Of a DNA stretch of 64,000 nt, positions 20,712-31,242 are shown one piece after another. Under the pieces are notes generated by a model that was given only the letters and a program-made list of their open reading frames with translations, was not told the origin of the DNA and did not search any database. This DNA comes from an uncultured Gammaproteobacteria bacterium. GTDB lineage: Bacteria > Pseudomonadota > Gammaproteobacteria > CAWCPV01. Position numbers and translations under genes: made by a program. Positions within the stretch are counted from its first letter, which is position 1. Every line of letters starts with the position of its first letter. Location of the stretch: positions 288,001 through 352,000 of the forward strand of contig CAWCPV010000007.1 in NCBI GenBank assembly GCA_963797555.1. Reading direction: 5' to 3'.

Positions 20712-22649
20712 CTAGGGGGAGGCGCGATGCGTTACGAGCTCCTCCACTACCGCGGGGTCGGCGAGGGTGCTGGTGTCTCCCAGGCTGGCCAGGTCGTTTG
20801 CGGCGATCTTTCTCAGGATGCGGCGCATGATCTTGCCGGAACGGGTCTTGGGAAGACCGGGTGCCCACTGGATCACGTCCGGGGTGGCTATCGGGCCAAT
20901 CTCGCTGCGCACCTGTTGGATCAGCTCCCGGCGCAGCTCTTCGCTGGGCTCCTCTCCGGCCATGAGGGTGACGTAGGCGTAGATGCCTTGACCCTTGATC
21001 TCGTGCGGAAAGCCGACCACGGCGGCTTCAGCCACCTTGTCGTGCAGCACCAAGGCACTCTCGATTTCGGCGGTGCCCAAGCGGTGCCCGGAGACGTTGA
21101 TCACGTCGTCCACGCGCCCCGTGATCCAGTAGTACCCGTCGCCGTCCCGTCGCGCACCGTCTCCTGTGAAGTAGTAGCCGGGATAGATCCTGAAATAGGT
21201 GTCCACGCAGCGCCGGTGGTCACCGTAGATTGTGCGCGTGATTCCGGGCCAGGGGCGAGCGATGACCAGGTTGCCCGAACCCACCCCTTCCATCGGTTGG
21301 CCCGAGGCGTCCATGAGCGCCGGTACGATCCCGAAGAAGGGGCGCGTCGCCGATCCGGGCTTGAGCCGGGTCGCTCCGGGGAGGGGTGTGATGAGGATGC
21401 CGCCGGTCTCCGTCTGCCACCAAGTGTCCACGATGGGGCAGCGGCCTTCTCCCACCACCTGGTGATACCATTCCCAGGCCTCGGGATTGATGGGCTCGCC
21501 TACCGATCCCAGGAGTCTGAGGCTCTGGCGGCTGGTGCGCTTCACGGACGCGTCCCCTTCGCGCATGAGTGCCCGGATAGCCGTGGGAGCGGTGTAGAAG
21601 ATGTTGACCTGATGCTTGTCCACCACATCCCAGAAACGCGACGGCGACGGGTAGGTGGGAATTCCCTCGAACATCAAGCTCGTCGCCCCGTTGCAGAGCG
21701 GCCCGTAGACGATATAGGAGTGCCCGGTGATCCAGCCGACGTCGGCGGTACACCAGTAGATGTCGCCATCGTGGTAGTCGAAAACGTACTTGTGGGTGAT
21801 GGCGGCGAACAGCAGGTAGCCGCCAGTGGTGTGAAGCACGCCCTTGGGTTTCCCGGTGGACCCCGACGTGTAGAGGATGAACAACGGGTCTTCCGCGTCC
21901 ATGGCCTCCGGCTCGCAGACCTCCGATGCCTGCTGCATGGCCTCGTGGTACCAGACGTCACGCGCTTCGTGCCACGGCACCGTGCCACCGGTACGGCGCA
22001 CCACGAGCACCGTGTGTACGTTGGGGCACGACTGCAGGGCCTTGTCGGCGTTCTGCTTCAGGGCGACCGCGCGGCCCCCTCGCAGCCCCTCGTCTGCCGT
22101 GATCAGAACTCGGCAGTCGGAGTCCAGCATGCGGTCCTTCAGAGCCTCGGGGGAGAAGCCGCCGAACACGACCGAGTGGACCGCACCGATGCGCGTACAG
22201 GCGAGCATGGCCACGGCCGCCTCGGGGATCATGGGCATGTAGATACACACACGGTCGCCCTTGCGGACGCCCCGTGCCTTGAGAACGTTGGCGAAGCGGC
22301 AGACCTGCTGGTGCAGCTCCCGGTACGTCAGCCTGCGTTCGACGGCAGGGTCGTCGCTCTCCCAGAGGATGGCGATCTGTTCCGCGCGGCCCGGCAGATG
22401 GCGGTCGAGGCAGTTATGGCTGACGTTGAGTTGACCGCCTTCGAACCAGCGGATGTGGCCCCGGGAGAAGTCCCATTCGAGGACCTTGTGCCAGGGTTTG
22501 GACCACTCCAGAAAGGATGCGGCCTGCTCGGCCCAGAACCCTTCGGGGTCCCGAACCGAGTATGCGTACAGCTCCTGGTAACGGGCTTCGTCGACATGGG
22601 TGTGTGCCGCGATCTCGGGCGGGACCTCGTATACCCTTTCTTGAAGCAT
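20712..22649 (-). CDS. acs: Acetyl-CoA synthetase
   Basis: [33 protein letters not shown]. Confidence 0.98.
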   Translation of the reverse strand: MLQERVYEVPPEIAAHTHVDEARYQELYAYSVRDPEGFWAEQAASFLEWSKPWHKVLEWDFSRGHIRWFEGGQLNVSHNCLDRHLPGRAEQIAILWESDDPAVERRLTYRELHQQVCRFANVLKARGVRKGDRVCIYMPMIPEAAVAMLACTRIGAVHSVVFGGFSPEALKDRMLDSDCRVLITADEGLRGGRAVALKQNADKALQSCPNVHTVLVVRRTGGTVPWHEARDVWYHEAMQQASEVCEPEAMDAEDPLFILYTSGSTGKPKGVLHTTGGYLLFAAITHKYVFDYHDGDIYWCTADVGWITGHSYIVYGPLCNGATSLMFEGIPTYPSPSRFWDVVDKHQVNIFYTAPTAIRALMREGDASVKRTSRQSLRLLGSVGEPINPEAWEWYHQVVGEGRCPIVDTWWQTETGGILITPLPGATRLKPGSATRPFFGIVPALMDASGQPMEGVGSGNLVIARPWPGITRTIYGDHRRCVDTYFRIYPGYYFTGDGARRDGDGYYWITGRVDDVINVSGHRLGTAEIESALVLHDKVAEAAVVGFPHEIKGQGIYAYVTLMAGEEPSEELRRELIQQVRSEIGPIATPDVIQWAPGLPKTRSGKIMRRILRKIAANDLASLGDTSTLADPAVVEELVTHRASP

Positions 22650-22901
22650 GGTGGCTCTCCTTCCTGCGGTCGTTGGCGTGCCGTGGGGAGCGGGGTGATT
22701 TGCCGCGCTCAGGCGCGTAGCCGACGCTTCGCGGCCCGCAATGCGGCTGGGACAGTCGTCACCGGCCCTACGGGCCCCACCGTGGTGAGGGAATCCACCC
22801 GGTCCTGCCTGGCCAGGCGGAAGGGCCGGGCGCTGGACGCGGGGACAGCGGAGCCGGTGCCGTGTCCCGGCGTGTTTGTCCTTTCCCGATCGGCGCTGGC
22901 G

Positions 22902-23333
22902 TTAGCCCTTCTGTCGCTCGCGGATCTCGTCCAGCGTCTTGCACTCGAAACAGAGCATGGCGGTCGGTCGCGCTTCGAGGCGACGCACACCGATCTCGCC
23001 CCCGCAAGATTCGCAGTGGCCGTACTCGCCGCGACTGATCCGTCCTAGGGCCTCGTCGATTTTCTTGATCAGCTTGCGCTCCCGATCGCGGGCGCGCAGC
23101 TCCAGCGTGAATTCGGACTCCTGGCTGGCGCGATCGTTGGGATCCGGGAAGTTTGCCGCGTCATCCCGCATGTGGTGGACCGTCCTATCCACCTCCTGCA
23201 TCAGCTCCTGCTTCCACTCCAGCAGGACGCTGCGAAAGTGTGCGAGGTGACGCTGACTCATGTACTCCTCCCCCGGTTCCTCCGTCCATGCGGCGGTAGG
23301 AGACCCCGGCGGGGTCGACTTGGTCTCCGGCAT
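22902..23333 (-). CDS. dksA: RNA polymerase-binding protein DksA
   Basis: NFPDPNDRASQE, RDRERKLIKKI, C4 Zn finger. Confidence 0.97.
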   Translation of the reverse strand: MPETKSTPPGSPTAAWTEEPGEEYMSQRHLAHFRSVLLEWKQELMQEVDRTVHHMRDDAANFPDPNDRASQESEFTLELRARDRERKLIKKIDEALGRISRGEYGHCESCGGEIGVRRLEARPTAMLCFECKTLDEIRERQKG

Positions 23334-23581
23334 GAGCCTGACTCCTAGGGATTGACCATAAAACAGTGTTGTATAGCAGAAAACGCGCCCGCGTTTCAAC
23401 CGCTCCGCCAACGCGGCAACCGCATGCCGGTTGGGACGGTCGCCACGTGCCCCTCGCCGCGCCCCGTCACGTTCGCCTTTTCGTTCCCTGGGGGACAGCC
23501 CGAGTTACAATGAGCCGCGTTCGCTGCCTGCGCGGAGCGGGCGACGTACCGGCCGCCACCATTTCCTGGAGTCCGTCCTGG

Positions 23582-24754
23582 GTGAGCCAGTCTGGAAAGC
23601 CAGCAGAACGCATTCGGTCGATCCAGCCCTTCCTCGCCATGGAGCTGCTGGCCCGGTCCCGCGAGTTGGAAGCGCGCGGGCAGTCCATCGTGCACATGGA
23701 GGTCGGCGAGCCCGATTTCCCCACGGCTGCTCCCATCGTGGAGGCGGGCAAGAGGGCGCTGGAGCAGGGCTACACACACTATAGCCCGGCGCTCGGGCTG
23801 CCCGAGCTGCGGGAGGCGATCGGCGCGTTTTACGCAGAGCGCTACGGCGTTACCGTGCCGGCGGCCCGCGTGGCTATCACCCCCGGCGCCTCCGGGGCAC
23901 TGCTCGCCGTGGTGAGCGTGTTGGTCGACGACGGCGATCAGGTGCTGCTCGCCGACCCCGGTTATCCCTGCAACCGGAATTTCGTGCGACTTCTCGGGGG
24001 AGAGCCGGTCGCTGTGCCCGTCAGCGCGGGGTCGGGGTATCAGCTCACCCGCGACCATGTGGCGCGCCACTCGACCCGCAGGACTCGGGCGGTGCTGCTG
24101 GCTTCTCCGTCCAACCCCACCGGGACCTTATTGCCGAGGACCGAGCTGCAGGCCATCCTGGGCTGGGCGGGAAAACGCGGCGCAGCGGTCATCGTGGACG
24201 AGATATACCACGGGCTGACTTACGGGGGCCGGGCCGAAACGGCCCTGGGTCTGTCCGAGGACGTTTTCGTCATCAACAGCTTTTCCAAGTACTTCGGCAT
24301 GACGGGCTGGCGCATCGGCTGGCTCGTAGCGCCTCAGGCTTACGTGCCGGCGTTGGACAAGCTGATCCAGAACATCTTCCTGGCAGCGTCCACCCCGGCC
24401 CAACACGCGGCGCTTGCGGCGCTGGAGCCGGACACGCTGGCTATTCTGGAGACGCGGCGTGATGAGTTTCGGAGGCGCCGGGACTTTCTGGTACCCGCCC
24501 TGCGTCGCCTCGGGTTTGATGTTCCGGTGATGCCCCAAGGGGCGTTCTACGTGTACGCCGGTTGCGCCGGCCTCACCGACGACAGCCATGCGTTCGCCAT
24601 GGACCTGTTGCAGCGTGCCGGCGTGGCGGTGACGCCCGGTCGCGACTTCGGGGACCACGGGCCCGAGCGGCACCTGCGTTTCGCCTACACCACGTCGATG
24701 GAGCGGCTCGAAGAGGGGGTGCGGCGTCTTGCAGACCACCTGCAGCGGCTGTGA
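23582..24754 (+). CDS. PLP-dependent aminotransferase class I/II
   Basis: GEPDF, SPSNPTG, DEIYH, SFSKYFGMTGWRIG. Confidence 0.93.
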   Translation: MSQSGKPAERIRSIQPFLAMELLARSRELEARGQSIVHMEVGEPDFPTAAPIVEAGKRALEQGYTHYSPALGLPELREAIGAFYAERYGVTVPAARVAITPGASGALLAVVSVLVDDGDQVLLADPGYPCNRNFVRLLGGEPVAVPVSAGSGYQLTRDHVARHSTRRTRAVLLASPSNPTGTLLPRTELQAILGWAGKRGAAVIVDEIYHGLTYGGRAETALGLSEDVFVINSFSKYFGMTGWRIGWLVAPQAYVPALDKLIQNIFLAASTPAQHAALAALEPDTLAILETRRDEFRRRRDFLVPALRRLGFDVPVMPQGAFYVYAGCAGLTDDSHAFAMDLLQRAGVAVTPGRDFGDHGPERHLRFAYTTSMERLEEGVRRLADHLQRL

Positions 24755-25761
24755 CGCGCACCCTGACCCTACTGGCTCCGGGGCTGCTGGCGCCGGACGG
24801 GGCGCCGCGCATCGCGGGGTCGCCGGGTCTCCGGGCCCTGCTCGCTCGGGCGCGCCGAGCCGCACTGCGGGAGGACGGCTACGAAGCGGCCTTGTGGCGC
24901 CGGTTCGGTCTGCCCGCAGCGCCCGGCGCCGAGATCCCGGTGGGCGCGGTCACCTGGGTGGCGGATACCGGTTCGGGGGAGACCGGTGGTTGGTGGATGC
25001 GGGCAGACCCGGTGCACCTTCGCGCGGACCGAGACCGGGTTCTGGTGTTCGGCGGCGCGCCCCTGGACTTGCGGGAAGAGGAGGCGGCCGAACTGGTCCG
25101 GGAGATTACTCATACTCTCGGACAAGGGCGCTGGTCGCTCGAAGCGCCGTGTCCGCAGCGGTGGTACCTGCGATTGCCGGAGGATCCGCAGATCCAGACC
25201 CAGCCTTTGCCCGAGGTGTTGGGAAGGACTGTCGGAAGCCTCCTCCCCGCAGGCGCGAAGGCGGCTACCTGGCAGCGCCTGCTCACGGAGATCCAGATGC
25301 TTCTGGCCGGTTCGGCGACCAATGAATCCCGGCAGGCGCGCGGCGTACTCCCGGTCAACAGCCTCTGGCTGTGGGGGGCGGGCCGACTGCCGGAAAGGGT
25401 GCAAGGCCCTGACGCAACGACCTGGGGGGAGGAGCCGATGCTCCGGGGACTGGCGCGTCTAGCCGGGATGGGTTGCGCTCCGTGCCCTGCGGACGCCGAA
25501 GCCTGGCTCGCCGTCGCCAATGCGGGAAACCATCTGGCGGTTCTGGGCGACCTGCGGGGCGCAGCGTGCCTGGACGCCGGGGATGTCAGCGCCACGGCCC
25601 GCGCGTGGGATGAAAACTGGCTCCGGCCCCTGCTCAAGGCGCTCACGCGGCGCCGGCTGCAGCGCCTGACGTTCTACGGAGGGGACCGGGACGAATACGA
25701 GCTGACGCCCGCTGGCGCCTGGCGCTGGTGGCGTCGTCCGCGACCAGAGCGGCACCCTTGA
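24751..25761 (+). CDS. Conserved phosphoglycerate-mutase-like protein typically found upstream of recJ
   Basis: WMRADPVHLRAD, EIQMLL, PVNSLWLWG motifs; translationally coupled to recJ. Confidence 0.75.
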   Translation: MTRTLTLLAPGLLAPDGAPRIAGSPGLRALLARARRAALREDGYEAALWRRFGLPAAPGAEIPVGAVTWVADTGSGETGGWWMRADPVHLRADRDRVLVFGGAPLDLREEEAAELVREITHTLGQGRWSLEAPCPQRWYLRLPEDPQIQTQPLPEVLGRTVGSLLPAGAKAATWQRLLTEIQMLLAGSATNESRQARGVLPVNSLWLWGAGRLPERVQGPDATTWGEEPMLRGLARLAGMGCAPCPADAEAWLAVANAGNHLAVLGDLRGAACLDAGDVSATARAWDENWLRPLLKALTRRRLQRLTFYGGDRDEYELTPAGAWRWWRRPRPERHP

Positions 25762-27551
25762 TGCTGCGTCCAGGCGGCGCACACGGAAGCCTCGGGACCG
25801 CGCGCCGGACCATCGTACGGCGGGCGGTTCCGGCAGTGCGCGATGACCTGCCGCAGAACCTGCACCCGGTCGTGCGTCGGGTTCTGCTGGCGCGCGAGAT
25901 CACTTCCGCCGCCGATCTCAGCCGTTCGGCAGCGGACCTGCACGGCTACGAGACACTGCTCGACATCGGGAAAGCCGCAGATCTCCTGGGGGTGGCGGTG
26001 GAGCAGCGGCGCAGCATCCTGGTGGTGGGAGATTTCGACGCCGACGGGGCGACCGCTTCGGCTGTGGCGGTTCGCGCCCTGCGCGCAATGGGCGCCCAAG
26101 CGGTGGACTACCTGGTGCCGAGCCGGTTCCGCTTCGGTTACGGGCTGACGCCCGAACTCGTCGAGGTGGCCGCCCACCGCTCGCCCGACCTCATCGTGAC
26201 GGTCGACAACGGAATCGCCAGCCTCGATGGGGTCCGCGAGGCAAAGCGCCGTGGCATTCAGGTCATCGTGACCGACCACCACTTGGCGGGAGCGGAGCTT
26301 CCCGCGGCCGACGCCATCGTGAACCCCAACCGGCCGGGCGATCCTTTTCCGAGCAAGCAGTTGGCCGGCGTCGGCGTCATCTTCTACGTGATGCTGGCGC
26401 TGCGCGCCCACCTGCGGGACCGCCGCTGGTTCGAGAGGCGTCGCCTTGCCGAGCCGAACCTGGCGCAGCTCCTGGACCTGGTGGCGTTGGGCACGGTAGC
26501 CGACTTGGTCCCGCTCGACCGCAACAACCGCATCCTGGTGGCCCAGGGCCTGGCCCGCCTGCGCGCCGGGACGTGCTGCCCCGGGGTCCGCGCGCTGGCC
26601 GAGGCAGCGGGGCGTGCCCTGCCGCGTCTGACCGCTCAGGACCTCGGCTTCGGCCTCGCGCCCAGGCTAAACGCCGCCGGGCGTCTGGAGGATATGTCTC
26701 TGGGCATCGCCTGTCTCCTGGAGGAGGAGGGTGCGAGGGCCGGCGAGCTTGCGCGCACGCTGGACGCGCTCAACCGCGACCGGCGCGCCATCGAGGAGGA
26801 CATGCACCGCGCGGCTTTGGAGGTCCTGGCCTCGCAGGTTCATGCGCAGGCCGGTTTGCCGCACGGACTATGTCTGTACGACGACACCTGGCACCAGGGG
26901 GTCATCGGGATACTGGCCTCGCGCATCAAGGAGCAAGTCCAGCGTCCGGTCATCGCTTTCGCCCCGGGCAGCGACGGCGAGATCAAGGGGTCGGCACGCT
27001 CGGTACCCGGTCTGCACATGCGCGATACCCTGGCGGCCATCGCCGCCCGCATGCCGGACCTCATTCGAAAGTTCGGCGGACACGCCATGGCCGCCGGTCT
27101 GGTACTGTCCGGCGATCGGCTCGCCCCGTTCGCCCAAGCCTTCGACGAGGAGGTGACGCGGCGCCTGGGGCTCGCAGAGCCCGTCGGGGTGGTGCACAGC
27201 GACGGCGAGCTGGCGCCCGACGAGATCAATGTCGAGCTGGCGCAGGCGCTGCGGGGTGCCGGTCCCTGGGGACAGGGATTCCCGGAGCCGGTTTTCGATG
27301 GGCTGTTCGAGGTCGCGGACATCCGCACGGTAGGGCAGCGCCACCAGAAGCTGGTCGTGCGGCAATCCGGTGACTCGCGTACGGTCGTCGCTCTGGCCTT
27401 TCGGACCGAGGCTGCGCCATGGATGGAGCGGGGATCGGCGCTTCGTATGGCGTACCGTCTGGACCTGGACCACTACCAGGGACGGGTCAGTCCGCGGCTG
27501 GTGGTCGAGCACATCGAGCCCGCCGTCCGCGGCCCGGCGGAGGCCGACTGA
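25761..27551 (+). CDS. recJ: ssDNA exonuclease RecJ
   Basis: GDFDADG, TVDNG, TDHH, PRLNAAGRL, GGHAMAAG, PWGQGFPEP. Confidence 0.97.
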   Translation: MLRPGGAHGSLGTARRTIVRRAVPAVRDDLPQNLHPVVRRVLLAREITSAADLSRSAADLHGYETLLDIGKAADLLGVAVEQRRSILVVGDFDADGATASAVAVRALRAMGAQAVDYLVPSRFRFGYGLTPELVEVAAHRSPDLIVTVDNGIASLDGVREAKRRGIQVIVTDHHLAGAELPAADAIVNPNRPGDPFPSKQLAGVGVIFYVMLALRAHLRDRRWFERRRLAEPNLAQLLDLVALGTVADLVPLDRNNRILVAQGLARLRAGTCCPGVRALAEAAGRALPRLTAQDLGFGLAPRLNAAGRLEDMSLGIACLLEEEGARAGELARTLDALNRDRRAIEEDMHRAALEVLASQVHAQAGLPHGLCLYDDTWHQGVIGILASRIKEQVQRPVIAFAPGSDGEIKGSARSVPGLHMRDTLAAIAARMPDLIRKFGGHAMAAGLVLSGDRLAPFAQAFDEEVTRRLGLAEPVGVVHSDGELAPDEINVELAQALRGAGPWGQGFPEPVFDGLFEVADIRTVGQRHQKLVVRQSGDSRTVVALAFRTEAAPWMERGSALRMAYRLDLDHYQGRVSPRLVVEHIEPAVRGPAEAD

Positions 27552-27552
27552 A

Positions 27553-28524
27553 GTGCGCGGGCAGCCGCTGACGGCCGGACGCCTTCGGTTTCAGGACCAG
27601 CATCCGCCCCCTTCCAGCCTGCGCGACGAGGTGCTGCGCGGCCTGGCTCGGCGCCCGCGCGCCATTCCGCCCAAGTTTTTTTACGACGCCCAGGGCTCGC
27701 TCCTGTTCGAGGCCATCTGCGAGCTGCCCGAGTATTACCTGACGCGCACCGAGATCGGGATCCTGGAGGCGCACGCGGGCGAGATCGCAGCGCTCGTCGG
27801 CACCGACAGCGTCCTGGTGGAGCTAGGCAGCGGCAGCAGTCGGAAGGTGCGCCTGCTCCTGGAGGCCATCCGGCCGGCGGTCTGCATGCCGGTCGACATC
27901 TCGCGCGATCACCTCCTCGAGGCGGCCAAGGGCCTGGCACAGGACTATCCGTGGCTCCAGGTGCACGCGGTGTGTCTCGATTACTCGCGGTCCCTGAGCC
28001 TGCCTGCCTGCGGCTCGGGAAGCCGCAAGGTGGCGTTCTTCCCGGGCTCCAGCATCGGCAACTTCGATCCCGAGGAAGCCGCTGCGCTGCTGCAGACTGT
28101 TCGAGAGGTGGTGGCCCCGGGCGGTGGGCTGCTGATCGGGGTCGACCTGAAGAAGGACCCGGCGGTCCTGCACGCAGCGTACAACGACGCCCACGGCGTG
28201 ACCGCTGCCTTCAACCTGAATCTCCTCGCCCGCATCAACCGGGAACTGGGTGCCGACTTCGACCTGCAGGCATTCCGCCACTCGGCCTTCTACAACGAGC
28301 GGCGAGGACGCATCGAGATGCATCTGGAGAGCGTCCGAGCGCAGACGGTGATCGTGGACGGGCAGCGCTTCCGCTTTACGGCCGGCGAGCGCATCCATAC
28401 CGAAAACTCGTACAAGTACGACTTGGGGGAATTCCGAGACCTGGCGCGCAGTGCCGGCTTCGAGCCCGTTCAGGCCTGGACCGACCCCGACCGGCTGTTC
28501 AGCGTGCATTACCTCACGGCCTGA
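27553..28524 (+). CDS. egtD: L-histidine N-alpha-methyltransferase
   Basis: PKFFYD..GS.LFEAICELPEYYLTRTE, ELGSG, AYND..GVTAAFN, IHTENSYKY. Confidence 0.93.
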   Translation: MRGQPLTAGRLRFQDQHPPPSSLRDEVLRGLARRPRAIPPKFFYDAQGSLLFEAICELPEYYLTRTEIGILEAHAGEIAALVGTDSVLVELGSGSSRKVRLLLEAIRPAVCMPVDISRDHLLEAAKGLAQDYPWLQVHAVCLDYSRSLSLPACGSGSRKVAFFPGSSIGNFDPEEAAALLQTVREVVAPGGGLLIGVDLKKDPAVLHAAYNDAHGVTAAFNLNLLARINRELGADFDLQAFRHSAFYNERRGRIEMHLESVRAQTVIVDGQRFRFTAGERIHTENSYKYDLGEFRDLARSAGFEPVQAWTDPDRLFSVHYLTA

Positions 28525-28757
28525 GCGCGTCAGGACGGCGGGTAGCGACGAGGGCGGGGATAGGCGGGCAACCCATCTACTCGTAATGCGTGCTTCTTCC
28601 GTGCTGCATCTTCAGTGACCGCTATATGTGTATGGATTCGTATCGATTAGCTCGTGGATGCAGACCCGCACAGGCATGTCGTCAAAAACCATCCGGATGA
28701 AGATGGACGAGTCCCTGCCCAACGATGTGGAGCGCTTATGCGCTCAGCTCCGCCGGC

Positions 28758-28982
28758 TCACCGCAGCTTCAGAAATTCGTCTACAGTGAAGCCGGCATCC
28801 TTGAGAACCCGCGCTGCCAGGCCGCGGCCCACGTCCCCCGAGTGAATTGGGACGGTCACAGCCACCTTGCGGTCCTCATGCCATAAGGTCAGGTGACTGC
28901 CCGATTGGCGGTCCTCCACGAAGCCCTGTGCCTTGAGAAACCGAACGAGATCGCGCGCCGAGAGCTGCCGGAGGCGCGTCAC
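28758..28982 (-). CDS. hicA: HicA-family toxin
   Basis: GFVEDRQSGSH...VTVPIH. Confidence 0.9.
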   Translation of the reverse strand: MTRLRQLSARDLVRFLKAQGFVEDRQSGSHLTLWHEDRKVAVTVPIHSGDVGRGLAARVLKDAGFTVDEFLKLR

Positions 28983-29218
28983 GCCGGTACGCCGATCGTA
29001 AGTTCTCCGACGTGCACCAAGTGCTCATTCTGGGGAATCGGCTGGCCGTGGGCAAGCAAGGCGTCGATGTGCTGGGAGACAGCCAGCCGCATGTTCCGCT
29101 TGGCTTCCTCGATCGTCTTTCCGTTGCCAAGACATCCCGGGAGGGTCGGGCTGTAGGCGTAATAGCCTTCGTCGTCGGGTTCCTTCTCGATAAGGATTTC
29201 GAAGGTGTAATAGTTCAT
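28979..29218 (-). CDS. hicB: HicB-family antitoxin
   Basis: GYYAYSPTLPGCLGNGKTIEEA. Confidence 0.9.
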   Translation of the reverse strand: MNYYTFEILIEKEPDDEGYYAYSPTLPGCLGNGKTIEEAKRNMRLAVSQHIDALLAHGQPIPQNEHLVHVGELTIGVPA

Positions 29219-29529
29219 TCTCGGCCCGCTTGCTGACCATCGTACAGGTCCATCATGGCACGCCGGTAAATTGTCGAGCAACTCCCCGTTTCTTGAATGG
29301 TATGTGCCGACGTTGCTCGGTGGAAAGGCCGACTCGGACCAGTCGTAGCCGCAAGAGTGGAACCTCCCCGCCCCATGCAGGCTTACGAAGCTTGGCAGGC
29401 AGGAGACCCCGTGCCCTCGCTAGCCCGCCAGCAGCCCGCGTGCTGGTGTGCCAAGCATTGCGCCAAATCTCCGCCCCTCGCGGGATTTACGCGGGTAGCG
29501 GTCCTCGGCCGCAGCGTCCACGGCCGACG

Positions 29530-29670
29530 GTGACTGTGCCCGCCCAGTCCTCCGGAAGGAGCCTCAACCTGACATAGCGGTGGAACGACGAGAACCGCCA
29601 GTCCCGCCGCGAGAAGTCGGCCTTGATGCGCCGCCACCGGCCCGGATAATCCGCATCATCGGCCGGCGCC
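29530..29670 (-). pseudogene. Internally deleted RAYT remnant
   Basis: DDADYPGRWRRIKADFSR joined directly to DWRFSSFHRYVRLRLLPEDWAG. Confidence 0.7.
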
Positions 29671-30030
29671 CGTTCCACGCGGGAGTTCCTCGCCGCTTCA
29701 CCCGCAAACGCAAGCGGACCCGGTGCCGAGGACGAGGCAGAGCTGGGAGCCCAAAACCCCGGGGCTGTTCGCGAGCGATGCGGTTCCCTTCGTTCACCGC
29801 ATCCTACGTGGGCTGCAAACAAGGAATATTGAAGGTGGCCGAATAGGGTCAATCCGTAACCGGCATAAGACGAACGCGTTAACGACGTGTGGAAGCTTGC
29901 GTTGCTAGTTGCTCAGACGCTAGCTCCTCCTGTAGACTTCGGCTCTCAACTCTACGGTCTTTTTCCCCTCCTTGCGGTCCGTCCTGAATAACTCGACCCT
30001 GGCCCCTTTAACTCTCTCTTCTGGCCCCTT

Positions 30031-31136
30031 TACTAATCCTTTCTTAAGTAAGGCCATATCAGACAGCGTAGCAGCAATGCGGATGCATGAAAAAGCCTTT
30101 GACGATTTCTGGCAGCTTCTGGAGCCGGCGCAAAGCACCGAGGAGTTTGCTCTTGAGATCCTCTTTGCTTTCCACCCGGCGCTTGGCGACGCGGGCTTTC
30201 ACATGCCCCCAAACCTGTTCGTCGGGATTGAGTTGGGGCGAGTACGGGGGGAGGAAGAACAGCTTAAGGCGCCCGTTCTGTTCGCCGATGAAGTCCTGGA
30301 TCAATCGTGCCTTGTGGATGGGATGGCCATCGACGATGAGGAAGACCGGCCGGGTGGCGCCCACCAGCAGGCGCTTGAGGAATTCCTTGAACACCGCGGC
30401 GGTCACCGTCCCCTCGTGCACCATGAAGCGCAAGCCCCCGCGGGCGCTCACCGCCGAGAGCATGGCGAGCGAGAACCGCGCCCCGGTCACCGCGACCACC
30501 GGGGTCTTGCCCATCGGCGCCCAAGTGGTGCCGGCGTGGTAGTCGGAGCGCATCCCCGACTCATCCCCAAAGTAGATGGTCGCCCCCACGCGCTTGGCCT
30601 CGGCCTGGATGGCGGGAAATTGCTCTTTCTGCCAGCGCTCGACCAGCACCGGATCGCGCTGCCAGGCACGGTAGAGCGGCTTCTGGGCAGTGAATCCCAG
30701 CACCCGCATCACCCGCCTGACGGCGGAGTCCGAAAGGCGCTTGTTGAACCGCCGCTCGATCAACCTGCCGATGAGCGGCAGGGTCCACAGCGCAAACTCG
30801 AATCGGAACTGCTGCGGCGTGTGCTCGCGCACCGCCCCCGCCAGCCAGCGCATCTCCTCGGCGCCAAGCAGCGGCGGGCGGCCCGGGATCGGCTTGGCCA
30901 ACAGCGCGTTCTGTCCCCCCGAGGCAAATGCCGAGAGCCAGCGAAACACGGTGCGAATGTTCAACCCGAAGGCCTGCGCTACGCTCTGTACCGTCTGTCC
31001 GTGACGCACCGCTTTCACGGCTTGCTGGCGCAGCACCTGCAGGCTCCTATGATCGAGCTTGCGCCCGTCCGATTCGCGCTTGCATTTCATGCCCCCATTG
31101 TACCAACATATGGCTTTACTTAAAATGGACTTAGTA
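30031..31136 (-). mobile_element. IS630-family insertion sequence, apparently intact
   Basis: 29-bp imperfect terminal IRs starting with TA (TACTAATCCTTTCTTAAGTAAGGCCATAT / ATATGGCTTTACTTAAAATGGACTTAGTA). Confidence 0.92.
30059..31090 (-). CDS. IS630 transposase
   Basis: HTH; YFGDESG, LIVDG..IH, LPPYSPQLNPDE. Confidence 0.95.
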   Translation of the reverse strand: MKCKRESDGRKLDHRSLQVLRQQAVKAVRHGQTVQSVAQAFGLNIRTVFRWLSAFASGGQNALLAKPIPGRPPLLGAEEMRWLAGAVREHTPQQFRFEFALWTLPLIGRLIERRFNKRLSDSAVRRVMRVLGFTAQKPLYRAWQRDPVLVERWQKEQFPAIQAEAKRVGATIYFGDESGMRSDYHAGTTWAPMGKTPVVAVTGARFSLAMLSAVSARGGLRFMVHEGTVTAAVFKEFLKRLLVGATRPVFLIVDGHPIHKARLIQDFIGEQNGRLKLFFLPPYSPQLNPDEQVWGHVKARVAKRRVESKEDLKSKLLGALRRLQKLPEIVKGFFMHPHCCYAV

Positions 31137-31242
31137 ACTCTTGCTGCACCGCTCGGTCAGAGGGACCGCAAGGCGTTTGCGGACGAGCTGGACCGGTTCC
31201 TCAGCAAGCTTCGGAACGACTGACCTGAAACCGAACTCTGCC

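Noticed and set aside
20490-23048. Long antisense ORFs (852 aa here; also 596..1765, 1913..3187, 3270..4841, 49032..51044, 29972..31123)
   Set aside because: Shadow ORFs of high-GC genes with no recognisable motifs.
27553-28524. egtD without egtB as a novel pathway
   Set aside because: Ergothioneine genes are often split, and egtB may lie outside the window.
29920-30030. Gene disrupted by IS630
   Set aside because: Only a short unrecognisable peptide on one flank and no convincing continuation on the other.
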